A stretch of 64,000 nt of DNA, from the IMG/VR virus record IMGVR_UViG_3300009000_000003; one strand, written 5' to 3'. Position 1 is the stretch's first letter; the number at the start of each line of letters is the position of its first letter. Positions 18,655 through 31,100 of this stretch are shown piece after piece. Position numbers and translations under genes: made by a program. The DNA is from a virus. The notes under the pieces are model-generated. The model was not told the DNA's origin. It searched no databases and worked only from the letters and a program-made list of their open reading frames with translations.

Positions 18655-19116
18655 ATGACTAATTACGAATACTTTTCTGGAGCTAATGTAAAAATATCCT
18701 TTACTCAAATTAATAAATTTGACGATAATATAATCCTTCCAAAAGAAATAATTGAATGCGCAGGTATTTCTTATTCTTATCAGAATTCAAGACAACCAGT
18801 ATACTCTTACGCATCGAGTAGATTTGATGCAGTGCTACCAGGTAGGGAAATTATTCAAGGAACTTTTTTAGTTAACTATGTTTCGCCAAATTATGTAATT
18901 AACAAAATAAAAGAAACTGAAACTAATGAATTTACTTTTGATGAATTATTTACACCACACTTTGACATAACAATTAACTTTGGTAATGATAGTAATAAAA
19001 ATAGAGTAATAGAAAATTGTTTTATTATTTCCATGGGGCAAACAATCCAAATAAGTGAGCAAGTAATTATAGAAGAATATGGATTTATTGGACGCAATAT
19101 TAAAGGATCTAATTGA
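18655..19116 (+). CDS. Second tail tube paralogue
   Basis: YFSGANV, ISYSYQNSRQPVYSYAS...GREIIQGT and FDITINF are similar to the tube motifs. Confidence 0.65.
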   Translation: MTNYEYFSGANVKISFTQINKFDDNIILPKEIIECAGISYSYQNSRQPVYSYASSRFDAVLPGREIIQGTFLVNYVSPNYVINKIKETETNEFTFDELFTPHFDITINFGNDSNKNRVIENCFIISMGQTIQISEQVIIEEYGFIGRNIKGSN

Positions 19117-20024
19117 TGGGACTAGAAGGTCGAAAAATAGAAGATAACAAAGTTGTTTTTGGAGAACCTGCTACTGGAAAAGCTTTACAAGCACTACAAA
19201 GAAATTCTCCTACAGCTGAATCTATATTAAGCAGTTTACCACCAAGTGCTTTTATACCTATTCAACAAGAAACAACTTTAGTCGAAGAAGATATAGAAAA
19301 AAAAGAAAAAGCTAAACAAGAATTAGATGAGAAAGTTAATATGACAAAATATAGAAGAGAAAGAAAACGTAAACAAAGCTTACTTAAAGAAAAGAAAGAA
19401 AGTCATATTAAAAAAAGTTTGGAAGAACCAAAAGAAGAAGCTACTGTAGAAAAAACTTCTATAGAAAAAATTATAGAAACTTCTAATAAAGAAGAGGAAC
19501 TTATGAATTTAGAAGATGAATTGGCAGCTTTAGAAAAAGAAGTAGCAGCAAAAAAAGCTGAAAAAGAAAAAGCTGAACTTCAAAAAATGTCAGAAGAAAT
19601 ACAAGCAGCTCCTCAAGAAGAGCAACCTGAAATGAAAGACCAGATTTTAGAATTATTAAAGTCTGATCCAAACGCGCCAGGTATTGAAACAATTAATGCT
19701 TGGAAAGAACGTTTTGGAAAAAACGGTTTGCATGTAATGGCTTTTGGAGAAGATGATGTATACATTTACCATCACCTTACAAGAGGCGAATGGAAGAAAA
19801 TTAAAGAGCTAATGACACGTTTATCAGAAACAGATGAACAAGAAGAAATTGAAGAAAAACTAAAAGAAAAAGTTGTTCTTTATTGTGTACTTTATCCATC
19901 AGTAGATGAAAACTGGTTGGAGTACTGCAAAGCAGGAATCCTCGACTCATTATATCAAATGATTCTTTTAAATAGTGGTTTCTTAACCCCCCAGCAAGCG
20001 ATGTTATTGACTACCCAGCTATGA
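19113..20024 (+). CDS. Tail assembly chaperone-like protein (alternative internal start at 19503)
   Basis: INAWKERFG...YIYHHLTRGEWK...CVLYP...AGILDSLYQMILLNSGF chaperone-like pattern. Lies between tube and tape-measure genes. GAGGA precedes ATG 19503. Confidence 0.65.
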   Translation: MMGLEGRKIEDNKVVFGEPATGKALQALQRNSPTAESILSSLPPSAFIPIQQETTLVEEDIEKKEKAKQELDEKVNMTKYRRERKRKQSLLKEKKESHIKKSLEEPKEEATVEKTSIEKIIETSNKEEELMNLEDELAALEKEVAAKKAEKEKAELQKMSEEIQAAPQEEQPEMKDQILELLKSDPNAPGIETINAWKERFGKNGLHVMAFGEDDVYIYHHLTRGEWKKIKELMTRLSETDEQEEIEEKLKEKVVLYCVLYPSVDENWLEYCKAGILDSLYQMILLNSGFLTPQQAMLLTTQL

Positions 20025-20701
20025 GTTTATTAAGAGCATTAGAATCTAATTCTGAGCTCTACAGTACAATTTATGAAGATGTAGTTTTAAAATTCAGATT
20101 ATTAAAAATCAAAGAATACAACTACTTCAATAAAATAATTACGGGCGGTCGAATACCGCCTTTTTTAGTTTTTGAAGAAATCTTCAATTTATGTAGTTTT
20201 GATCCAGTAGAGTTCTTTCCTAAAGAGTTGCCTGTAGGATATTTTATATCTACTGGGCATTTAATTTATTATTTATCTGGAGGAAAAGAAACTAAAAATT
20301 TCTTATTAGAGATTGCTCAAACAAGAACAGAGCATCCACCTGATAGTATTTTCGAACACATGAAAAGTATTATATTTACTGCTTTTCCTTCTTTATGTTT
20401 AAAAGACATAGATGAAATGACGGAAAAAGAATTTGTTCGTAATTTTGTTACTGCTGAAAACAAATTAATTAAAACAATGCAAGGATATACGCCGCTCGAT
20501 TTAAAGAAAATTTACGAAGAAATTTATGAATCAAAAACTGAAGAAGTAGAAAAAAAGAGCGAAGTAGTACATAATGTTAAGAATATGGAACAAGAGCTTG
20601 GTTATTGGGAAGTACAAGAAGCAGAAGCTAAATTTATTGAAGAAGAAAAAGCAAGATTAACAAGAGAGCATTTAGCAAAGCTAGATCAAAGAAAAGGTTA
20701 G
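20021..20701 (+). CDS. Second tail assembly chaperone-like protein
   Basis: FRLLKIKEY...EEIFNLC and LKDIDEMTEKEF patterns. Synteny. Confidence 0.5.
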   Translation: MSLLRALESNSELYSTIYEDVVLKFRLLKIKEYNYFNKIITGGRIPPFLVFEEIFNLCSFDPVEFFPKELPVGYFISTGHLIYYLSGGKETKNFLLEIAQTRTEHPPDSIFEHMKSIIFTAFPSLCLKDIDEMTEKEFVRNFVTAENKLIKTMQGYTPLDLKKIYEEIYESKTEEVEKKSEVVHNVKNMEQELGYWEVQEAEAKFIEEEKARLTREHLAKLDQRKG

Positions 20702-20704
20702 TTT

Positions 20705-23700
20705 ATGTTTGCAAGCCAAGGGCCGGGAGGCATTTACTATTCTGCAGTACAGCAAGAACCAGAGATGCACCCCTTGATTGAAATGGGAGCTTCTTTAGCA
20801 CCTTATGTGACCCTTGGTATGGGAGCAAACTATCTTGCTAAACTTAAATATAAAAATAGTAAAGAAATAACAGCTTATGATGTAGCTTTAACAAAAACAC
20901 GTAACCTTTTAAATAAAGGTTTAGGAGGATTTTTTAATACATTTCGTATAGCAGAAATGGGATCGTTTAATTTAAGTGGAGAAGCTTTAGGTTTAAATTT
21001 AAAACAATCAGTATTGGATCCTTCAAAACAAGTAAGGCAACAAGTTTTTGGAAGTGAATACTTTAATAAAAATACAAATAAGTTATTAAAAGAAATACTT
21101 GGTGAAAGTGATTACGAAAAAATATCTGCGCACTTAATTGGTGGGCAAGATAATTTTGAATTAATCTATGAAATGGGTACTGAAGATAAAAGAAAAGGTA
21201 ATTTAATATTTAGAGAACTACAATCTGAATTTGTAGATACAGTAGACAGTACAGGCAAACCAATAAAGCAAAAAGTTTACAAACCAAAAACAGGAACTGA
21301 AAGATTAATTTCTCAAAATGTTGCTTTACAATATGGTGTTTCAGGAGCTGATACTTTAGATCTTTTAGAAGGGGGAGACTTTCAAGGAAGAATAAATCCC
21401 ATCACTCAAGGTGTTTATCAAAATCTTGTTTCTGGAGAAGATGTAAATTTTAAAGAAGTTTTTAAAAGTAGCATTAGTGGGCAACAATCAAGAGTAATGC
21501 TTGTTCCTAGCGTAAGTGGATCGTTAGATAATGTAGGAGATTTAAAAAGACGTACAAGCGTTTTAACAGGGCATTTGTCAGCAGGTATTGATAGATTTAA
21601 TAGACTTATTGATGCAACTACAAATCAAATACCTATGTTTAACCAAATAAAAGAAAAATTATTTGGTGATCAAGATTTTGGTTTAAGTTTAAAAACAACT
21701 CCAGATGCATTTTATAAGCAATTCTTTAGTATAGGTTTAAAAGCTTCTAAAATAGGTGGAGCTTACATGGGGCTGCAAACTATAGATCACTATAGAGAGC
21801 AGTTTGGATTTTTAGGAAATGTAGTAGCATCAAGTGCAGTTTCTGGAGGACTAGCGCTAGCTTATACTAAAATTGCAAAAAAAGCTGATACAGCTTTTGC
21901 TACTAAACTAGGATTAGGAAGCTTAGCAATTCAACTAGCAATGCCGGGGTTTGATAAAGGCGTTGTAGAAGGCTTAGCGACTACTGCAGTAAATGTAGAT
22001 ATAGGAAGATCCTATATAGGTCAATTCACAGGATTATCGTATGTAAGAAGAGGGATCGAAGGAATACTTCCTGGATTTACAGAACCTGAAATGGGGATTG
22101 CTTTAGGATTAGGAGTAGCTGGTTTATCTTACTCTGAATATCCAAAAAGATTTGCTGAAAGATTAGCAAGCGGAAAACTACATACAGGAGATAAAATATT
22201 CCAAAGTATAGATAACTTTTTGTCTCCTAAGTTTGGAGCTTTAGTAGGAGAAAGCTACTCACCACCAGCATCTAAAAAAGATATTATCTCACAAAACTTA
22301 ATTGATATCTTATATCCAGGCAAAGATCCAGCAACTAAAGAATACAGTGAAAAATTTATATCTAAAAATCCATTAGCTCAAACTTTGATGGGAATGGATG
22401 AAACCAATCCTTTATTTAAAGAATATAAAACAAAAATTGATGATATTTTACAAGGCAAAGGATTTGACGAGTTAGATAAAGATCAAATTAAAAATTTAAA
22501 ATCTTTTTTTAAAGATAATAAAGATTTAATTAAACAAATGATTCCTGGAATTGACGCAGGCCAATTAGAATTAAAAGTAGATGATTTTGATTATACTTTA
22601 AAAAATATAGAAAGAAGCGAAGTTTATAAAGCATATACACAAAACAATGAAATTAACGCTTCTTTATTAAAAAGAATAAATTACATTAATAATAAATATT
22701 CTAGCGGAGAAGGAGTTTTAAATAATATTTCTAGAAGAATAGAAATATTTGGTGCCGAAATGTATCACAGTTTTTATGGTGCATCTATGACTGGAGAAGT
22801 AGATGTAGACATAGACGGCATAGAAACAAAAACTAAATTAGCTGATGGAACATTTAAAAATTTAGATTATGAAACTGTAGCTAAAAGTTTAAAAGCTTCT
22901 CCAATTATGAAACGTTTAGGTACTCTTACTTTAGGTACTGCATTTTTGCATCAAATGGTAACTTCTGGATTTTTTGGAATGATGGAAAACCCTGATGAAT
23001 TAAAAGAAATATATTCAGGAGAAAAGCTAGTAGAAGTTAAGAAAGGTAGATGGTGGGAAGCTGGAGCTACTCCTTATGAAGGTGGGGAAACTAGATATTT
23101 TAGACCGCACGCTTATGTTCAGATGATGACTAAAGCAAAAGATAGATCAGTTTGGGGAGATGAAGTAGATGAGTACAACCCATTAACTAGATTCTTATTA
23201 AAGAACTTTACTTATCATTTAGAACGTAAAAATTACTATGACAGGCCCTACCCTATAACGGGTGCTGCATTTGAAGATGTGCCAGTTCTAGGAGGCATTT
23301 TGAGTGCTACTATTGGTAGAGTAATTAAACCTACTAAATTAATGCATGAAGAAGAGTTAAGGAGGGTTGGTGCTGGAGGAATAAATGAAATTGCTTATCA
23401 AACAGAATATGGATCGTCTCCAGAATTAGGACAAATTCCACCAGGAGTACCTACTAGCCCATATGGAACAATGGCTAGTTTAGGAAAAATACAATATCAA
23501 TTTAGAGAACTTGAAGGTTTGACTGGTTATGGAAAAAATGTTTTACAAAAAATGTTTACAGGTAGAGAAATTCTAGGAACTCGACAATACATCATGGCGA
23601 ATTCAAATATGATGAGTTCGACAATTAGAGATTTTTGGGATCAAGATTTGGGTGGCTTTGCTTTTATGTCAGAGCCAATTAGACGTTTACTACCTAGACC

Positions 23701-25129
23701 TAGAGCTGAAATTGAAACATACAATCCAATAATGAATTCAATGCCTTCGTATTTACCAGATAAATTTAAACAAGGAGACCCTTATCGTTTAATTGATAAT
23801 GGCGCAGTAAGACTTCCTGGCAAAGGATATGAAGCTGTAAACCCAGATGTAGCCGGAATGGACCCTGAAGATTATCCACTTATACACAAGTATAAAATAA
23901 TGGCTGATGTAGCTCCTCAATCTCGAGTAACAATGAAAATGAGAGAAGAGCTTTTAGAAAGAGAAGTAGCAGAAATATTAACTAACAGAGAAAAAGAAAT
24001 GTTAGCCAAAATATCTGAGTATCACTACAAGCGATTAGCTGCTACAAGAGATGAAACATTTCATGAGAACGCAATTAAAATTCCAGTGCTTTCTTCTTTG
24101 ATTGGAGAAACATATGCTGGAGCAACTTCATTAATGAGAAAAACTGCAGCTGCTGCAGAGAACTTAATGCCTGGTGGTTTTAGACCTCTAAGTAAATTAA
24201 CTGGACATACAAGAGATGCTATTGAAGTTTATGAAATGGAGCGTTTGTATAACACTAGTAACTCTTTTTGGGACGCCCCTATAAGAGACTGGTTTAGGCC
24301 CGCAATGTATTCTGCAGCACATGCTATGGGTTGGGATGGAAAACCTATACATGTACAAAAGAGAGAAGCTTTAGATGAGCATTTTGATAAACTTCAATTC
24401 ATGAAGTTTATGGCTTTAGCTGACCAGGCATCTAATGCAAAAGATAGAAAGCGTTATTTAGGGTTAGCTGCTAGAACAAGAACAGGTGTAAACCCTAACG
24501 GAGACGCGCTCTCTTTATACTTGTCATTACCTAGTGCAGAAAAAAGATTTTTTGATGCGTTCGCTAATGCTAGAGAATCAGATCGACAAAGAATTTTAGA
24601 AATGGTTCCAGACGATCAAAAAGCATTATATAAAACAGTTTGGTCTAGAATAGATGCTGGTCAAGAATCGGAGATGCTTGCTTCAAGTAAACCAATTATT
24701 AATGAGCAACATATGTACTCTCAATTAGCTAAAGTAAGAGAAGAGATGAAAATGATGCCTATGCCTGAAGCGGATTGGATTGGTTGGCATAAAGACGTAG
24801 ACATTAATGATATTAAAGTAAAATATGTTGATAATCTTGGTGCAGAAATACATGACTATGACATGTGGGAATCTCAAGTCAGAAAAGTCTCTAGAAGGCC
24901 CTATTTAGAAGGAAGTGACCTATTTCTATATAAGGGTAGGGGGTTTAATAGAAACAGCGCTAGACAAGAGTTTTTAAGAGGATTTGACAATTATAGTGAA
25001 TTGAACTCTGGTAAAATTTTATTAAATAGTAGCGGTGATTTTTTTGAGAATTCCAGAGCTGAAATTTATTATAAAGATTCTAGAGAAGCTGAAATACTAA
25101 ATATGATGTCTACAGCAATTAGAGGTTAA
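20705..25129 (+). CDS. Large tape-measure/ejection-type virion protein
   Basis: 1474 aa after the tail chaperones. Several Gly/Ala-rich hydrophobic segments and a conserved-looking C-half (KGRWWEAGATPYEGG..YFRPH, DWIGWHKDVD). Confidence 0.6.
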   Translation: MFASQGPGGIYYSAVQQEPEMHPLIEMGASLAPYVTLGMGANYLAKLKYKNSKEITAYDVALTKTRNLLNKGLGGFFNTFRIAEMGSFNLSGEALGLNLKQSVLDPSKQVRQQVFGSEYFNKNTNKLLKEILGESDYEKISAHLIGGQDNFELIYEMGTEDKRKGNLIFRELQSEFVDTVDSTGKPIKQKVYKPKTGTERLISQNVALQYGVSGADTLDLLEGGDFQGRINPITQGVYQNLVSGEDVNFKEVFKSSISGQQSRVMLVPSVSGSLDNVGDLKRRTSVLTGHLSAGIDRFNRLIDATTNQIPMFNQIKEKLFGDQDFGLSLKTTPDAFYKQFFSIGLKASKIGGAYMGLQTIDHYREQFGFLGNVVASSAVSGGLALAYTKIAKKADTAFATKLGLGSLAIQLAMPGFDKGVVEGLATTAVNVDIGRSYIGQFTGLSYVRRGIEGILPGFTEPEMGIALGLGVAGLSYSEYPKRFAERLASGKLHTGDKIFQSIDNFLSPKFGALVGESYSPPASKKDIISQNLIDILYPGKDPATKEYSEKFISKNPLAQTLMGMDETNPLFKEYKTKIDDILQGKGFDELDKDQIKNLKSFFKDNKDLIKQMIPGIDAGQLELKVDDFDYTLKNIERSEVYKAYTQNNEINASLLKRINYINNKYSSGEGVLNNISRRIEIFGAEMYHSFYGASMTGEVDVDIDGIETKTKLADGTFKNLDYETVAKSLKASPIMKRLGTLTLGTAFLHQMVTSGFFGMMENPDELKEIYSGEKLVEVKKGRWWEAGATPYEGGETRYFRPHAYVQMMTKAKDRSVWGDEVDEYNPLTRFLLKNFTYHLERKNYYDRPYPITGAAFEDVPVLGGILSATIGRVIKPTKLMHEEELRRVGAGGINEIAYQTEYGSSPELGQIPPGVPTSPYGTMASLGKIQYQFRELEGLTGYGKNVLQKMFTGREILGTRQYIMANSNMMSSTIRDFWDQDLGGFAFMSEPIRRLLPRPRAEIETYNPIMNSMPSYLPDKFKQGDPYRLIDNGAVRLPGKGYEAVNPDVAGMDPEDYPLIHKYKIMADVAPQSRVTMKMREELLEREVAEILTNREKEMLAKISEYHYKRLAATRDETFHENAIKIPVLSSLIGETYAGATSLMRKTAAAAENLMPGGFRPLSKLTGHTRDAIEVYEMERLYNTSNSFWDAPIRDWFRPAMYSAAHAMGWDGKPIHVQKREALDEHFDKLQFMKFMALADQASNAKDRKRYLGLAARTRTGVNPNGDALSLYLSLPSAEKRFFDAFANARESDRQRILEMVPDDQKALYKTVWSRIDAGQESEMLASSKPIINEQHMYSQLAKVREEMKMMPMPEADWIGWHKDVDINDIKVKYVDNLGAEIHDYDMWESQVRKVSRRPYLEGSDLFLYKGRGFNRNSARQEFLRGFDNYSELNSGKILLNSSGDFFENSRAEIYYKDSREAEILNMMSTAIRG

Positions 25130-25130
25130 A

Positions 25131-28100
25131 ATGAAAAAACCAAGCTTTTTAAATTTTTCAGAAGAGCAAAATCAAAACAGAAAAAATACAGTTCAAAATC
25201 TTTTAGCTGCTGGAGCAGTAGGAGGTTTAGGGTATGCTGGTTATAAAAACTTTTTAAACTCACCTGCAGAAATAACAAAAGCGTTAACAGGTTTAAATGC
25301 TCCTACAGAATTAAGGCAAGCAGGAGAAGAAATAGGTAAAGGGCTTCGCACTTCAAAAGAAGTTTTAGAAACAAGTAAAAAAATAGAGTTAGATAAATTT
25401 GTTGAAAATATCAACAACCAATTAGATGATATTTTAGATCAAACAAGTAACGTTGCTCCAGAAGAACGCAGAGCTTTTTTTGCTAGTTTTTTTGAAACAG
25501 TAAAAAATGAACAAATAAGCGCTGGAGTAAATACAGATGATTTACTTAAACAAGCTTACGATGATGTAGCTACGCTTAATGATACACAAAAAGCAGTATT
25601 AACAGACATGTTCAATATGCAAATAAAAGGTTCTGAAAAAACAAGCCGAAGATTTAATAAAGCTTATGCAAAATATAGTTCTAATATGAATTTATTTGCA
25701 GAGACTACAAAAAGAGAAATTCCGTCTGGAATTCCAACAAGTAATATTAGAAGGAATGTTAGCGTACCTAGTGATATTCAAAGCAAATACAATGAAATTG
25801 TTAATTTAGCTAGAGGAAGTAATTATAGCGTAAGTTTAGATGAAGTAGATGAAGGTGGTGTCAAAGGACTGTATGCTCGATTCACAAAAAATGGAGGACA
25901 AAGTGAAACATTAGTTTTAAGAGCAGGTACAGACACAGCAGGAAATCCAATCATAAGAGCTGGAGAAAATTTACAAACACGTTATGTAGCTCCATTAAAA
26001 GTTTTAAACGCCCCCGCTATGATTGATAGTAGAACTATGCGTTCTGTAAATGCAGGTACAGTAAAACAAGCAATGGGAAATGGAATAATTACAGATTATG
26101 CAGATTATGTATTTAATTTATTCAAATCGCAAATCGGAGGACGTAGTGGGTTTGCAAATTTAAACAGAAGTAATTTTAGCAAGTTTAATCAACTAATAAC
26201 TGCTTCTGCGATGTATGCTCCTTCAGAAGCTGGAAAACTATCTGATGCTTCTAGCAGAGCGATAGCTTCAAGCAGAAAACTATTTTCTAGTTCGTTTTTA
26301 ATTTCAGGGTTAGAGCAATTTAGTCCAGAGCAAAGAGGTCAAGTTAATAAAATTCTATTAGAAGCTTTTCCTCAGGATTTTGCAGGTGTAAGCTCTGTGC
26401 AAACTATGACTAGAGATTATGAAAATCCTTTTATGCGAGGCAGCAATCTAAGTTTTGCAAAATTAGGATATGCAGGAAAAGATATTCCAGGATATGCAAG
26501 TCCATTTAAATATTTAAAATTTTATGGTCGAGATTCTATAGACCGTGCAGTACAAAAACAAACAGCGCGTGAATACCAGATGATAGGTAGAGAAGAAACT
26601 GTACTAGGTATTGATGGTATAGATAAGTTTGGTAAGGGGGGTGTTATAAAAACAACTGGAGTTGGAAGTGATTTAATAGGAATTAATAAAGCTTATTCTG
26701 GAACAGCTACAGGTTTAAATTTAGGCGGAGTTATATTTAAGAAAAAAGCTGCTGAAAAATTAGGATTAGCTGAAGGTGTGGCTTATCTAGGAGGTACCGT
26801 CAGAAATGAAATAATATCTACTTTGACGGTTAACCCCAATATTGGAATTGCAGAAACAAACTTATTAAAAAAATTAAAGCAAGGTAGTATAACTGTAGGT
26901 GGTGCAGGAGCAAATTATAGCGTAGATGAATTTTTTCAAAAATACGCAGGAAAGGATGGAAGGGTAATTGTAGGAGAAATTGATACAGGTTTTAGTACAA
27001 TACAAAGAAGAAGCGGTTTAGAAAGCTTCCAATTAGAATTGTATGATCAGGCAGGTGGCTCTAGACCTAATTATAAAATTAGACAAACTTCTCAACTTAG
27101 AAATCCAGGAACAAAACTTTTTGGTTTTGCTACAAAAGATACAACTAATCAAATAACTGAAGAACAGTTACGCGCTAGATTAAAAAATGTTGGAGCAGAA
27201 GATTTTGGAGATTTATATTTCGGAGAAAATGTAGGAGGAAATATAAAATCAACTTTAGTAACAACTTCTGGACAATTAAAAAAATCTAGTACATATTTTA
27301 GCAACTTTATGGTTGGAGGTTTTGCTCAGATTGGAGGAGATGTTGCAAAATTAGAAAATGCAATTAGGGCTGATATCGGTGGAGATACAAATTATTTAAA
27401 CTTAATTAATAAAACTTATGGAACATCTTATGCTAATTTAAATCAAGCGCCAGATGCTTATCGAAGTGGTGTTCAACTTTTAGCTACAGCACAAAATATA
27501 ATAACATCAGGAAGAACCCAAAGATTAGGATCAAGGGAGCTTGGGCATATAGTAGGAGTTTTAGAAGATAGTATTGGTAAGTTTGGTATGGACGAAAACT
27601 TATTTAATAAAATAATAAGTAAAGGAGATGATGCTTTTCAAAAAGCAGCTAGAAGCAATATTGGCTTTGGTGTAACTTATGCAACTACTGGTGGTGTTCA
27701 TTCTGAGTTAAAAAGAAATTTGGCTAGAATGGAGCCTCGCGCATTCAATTATATGTATACTTCATTACGAAGCAATATGGGCTTAAGTGCAAATGAAGCT
27801 AAAAAATATATGGCTTCTTTTGTAGGAAGGATGGAAGGTTCAACAGAAAAATCTTTAATATTGCCAGGAATGACAGCAGCTCAATTTTCACTAAGTCCAA
27901 TGAATGAAATGGAATTTAGTAAATATGTATCTTCTGTAGGCAATATAGGAGCTATGGATGACGCAGATGTAGCTAAATTGTTTTCGCTAGGCCAAGGAAA
28001 TGAATCTGAAGTAATTGAAATACTTTCTAAGTATGGTCAAGGCAGTACAGTTGATTTAAAAAAAGTAATTTCAGATCCTAAAAAACTAACAGCTATTTCA

Positions 28101-31100
28101 GAAATGCTTGGAGGAAGAACAAGTTTATTTTTCGGAGGAGCGCAAGTTTTTGATAACTTATCAGGATTTTCATTAAAAAGCGGAGAAGAATTATTAAATA
28201 TAGAAAATGAATATAATAGATCAGTAACAGATTTAATAACTTCTATTTCGTCTATTAGAGATTCAAGATCAGACACTGAGTTAAGTAATCGTACTCAACA
28301 ATTTAAATACGCTAAAAAATACATGGCTGATATAACTGGTAAAACAATAAGGCAAAGTTTATCAGGAAGCGTAAGTGGTTCTGGATCTTATATGGGTGCA
28401 GGTATTATTTTAGGAAATTCTAAAGCAAATTCTACATTAGTATCGAATAATGTTACTGACATGGGAGAGCTAACTAATGCTTTTGAAAAAAATAAAGGTT
28501 ATGTAGTTTTTCAAGATGCTCAAGCGTTTTTAGATGGGATGTCTACATATAGAGATGGTTTGAAAGGAGAGAATAAAGATAAAGCTGTAGCAAAAAGAGT
28601 AAGGCAATTTTTTCTAGGGATGCATACTAAAGATAAAGAAGCTGTTACAGCTATGGTTATGCGTAATCCAAACATTAACTTTACTCACTTTTTACCAGGC
28701 ATGGGGTTGATGCGCTATGATTTTAATAAAGGTAATCGAGATCAATTCTTTGAAATGTTTAGAGGAAGATCAGTACCTTTAATTAATTACGACAGAGTAA
28801 ATGAAATTAATGAAAAACTTATGGGTATTTATGATCCTAAAGCAAAAAAACATAGTGGAAAAGGTTTGTTTGAAGTTTTAAATGCAGAAAATCCTGCAAA
28901 TATAAGAAGGCTCCTTTATGCACATTTAGAAGGTTTGGGAACTACAGACGGATATAGTACAGATGATCTTAAAAATAGATTTGGAAAAGATTATGATATT
29001 TTAAAAAAACATTACAAAAAAGCTGGTGCTAGCTATAAGTATTATTTAGATAAAGAAATAAAATTAAAGAAAAAAGTTCAAAAAACTCTTAAAACAAGAA
29101 TGAAAAAAGGTGAAGATCTAAAAATAGATTTAGATAACGTACAAAAAGAAATACAAGATTTATTAAAAAAACAAAAAGAAGCACGTTATAAAGAAGGAAA
29201 GCTTACAAGTAAAGCTGTACATGATTCCTTAATGGAATATTATGAAACTATTTTTAAAGATTCAAAATTTCAAATACAACAAAATTCTTTTTTAAGAAAT
29301 CTTGAACAGTTTGCTTTTTCAGAAAATTATGAAAAAGATGATGTGAGTAAAACAATATCAGATACTTTAGAAAAAATAAAAGGAATGAAAAATTACAGTA
29401 AATTAGACGTTTTTCATCATTTAATGGGAATGGATTTTGGAGAAATAAAAACTTTAAAATATGATGGAAAAGAAGAATCTAAAATTAAAAAATATTATTC
29501 TACAGAAGAAACAGATAAAGTAGCTGCTAAAATAAAAAAATTGTTAGATGAAAAAAAAGCGCTTTTAGATCCAAGTGTCTCTAATAATAAAATACAAGGA
29601 AATAAATTAAATATTTTAGAAAGACAATTAGAATTAAACAAAAACAGTTTAACTTCATTTGAAGACATAGCAAGGCTTTATGAACAAAGAAGCGATGAAA
29701 TAATTCAAACTAAGTCTGGGAAAGATATTACTGTAGGGGAACAATTAGATAAATATTTTGCATCAATGTTAAGACATCATCAAAACTTTGGAGAAGTTGG
29801 TGGAGGGCGTATTTATTTCCCTCAAATAGACGTAGAAGGAACATTAGAAAGCGGAGGAAAGTCATTTAAATTCAGCGAACGTATAGACTTTTCAAGAATG
29901 ATGATTGGTGACTTTGACGCTGATTATTATCAAGTATTTCATGATACTGATGCATTTAACAAAAATGCTGCAGACCATTTTGGTTTGTATAAAGCTGGTG
30001 GTGAGTACTTAATTCATAAACAATTACTTGGTGAAGGTATGGCTCAACTTGGAAAACGTTTAGGTGTAGGAGAAATATCTATAGGTCAAAGCGTTTTAGA
30101 TGAGTATCAAAAAGAAAAAGTAATTAAAGAAGTAGGCGGGTTAGATGTACAAGTAAAGATTGGTATGCTTGGTGCTATTCGTGCAGCAGAAGAAAATTCA
30201 TTGCGTACTGGCGGGAAAGAATATATGTCAGAAAGTATGCGTAGTGTATCTTCATTAGTTGCAGTAGCGCAGGAAGTTTTAGCTATTAAAGGTAAATCAT
30301 TACCTACCGCAGCAAATGTAGCAGAAGCTTTTACTAGCTCTTTGAAAGAATCTTATAAAACAGGTAAAGGAGATGCTATTTTTAACTTTTTCCAAGAAAA
30401 TGTTTTTAAAGGAACATTACTAGAAAAAGAAGGTAAAATTAAATTTTCTAATATTGATTTTCTCAATTTAGATGAAAGCTTAGAAACAACTAAACAATTA
30501 AAAAGTTTTTTAATGGACATCGAAATTGATACTAGTGTTTTTAGAAGACATCTAGATGAATTGGCTTCTAATGTTAAAAAATATGGACTCGATGCATTAG
30601 GTTCAGATACTCGTACTGGTAGTGCTTTGATGTCAGGTGACATAGCTTCAATTCAACTATTAAATAGACTCATGTCTGCTTCTGCAGAAGGAGGCTTATT
30701 TGATTCAAGCGGAAACTTTGATCAAAGTCAGCTTGAAAGAATTTCAAGAGACATAAGCGGTGGTTCTAAACAAGTATTTTTTAAAGCAGCCCCAAGAAAT
30801 TTTGGAGGTTTAATTGCAGGAGTTTTAGGAGGATCTTACTTGTTGGGAGCTACAAATAATGTATCTTCGCTGCAACTATCAGAAGAAAACTTTTCAGATA
30901 TTAGAGCAAGTCAAAATATAGGCAATAAACATGTATCTCAAATGTTTGCAAACAAAGATCATAATGGGTCTATTAGTAGTTTAAACAATAGTGGTTATGA
31001 TTCTACTTTTTACCAAAGACCTATTAATCAAGGGGAAACTATGGTAATTAAAAATAATAGAACTCGTTTTTATGGTGAAGCTGCAACTCAATCAGAAGCT

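Noticed and set aside
28740-29790. Intein or intron in the putative polymerase
   Set aside because: No C/S start with HN-C/S/T end, no LAGLIDADG or HNH motif, and the frame is uninterrupted.
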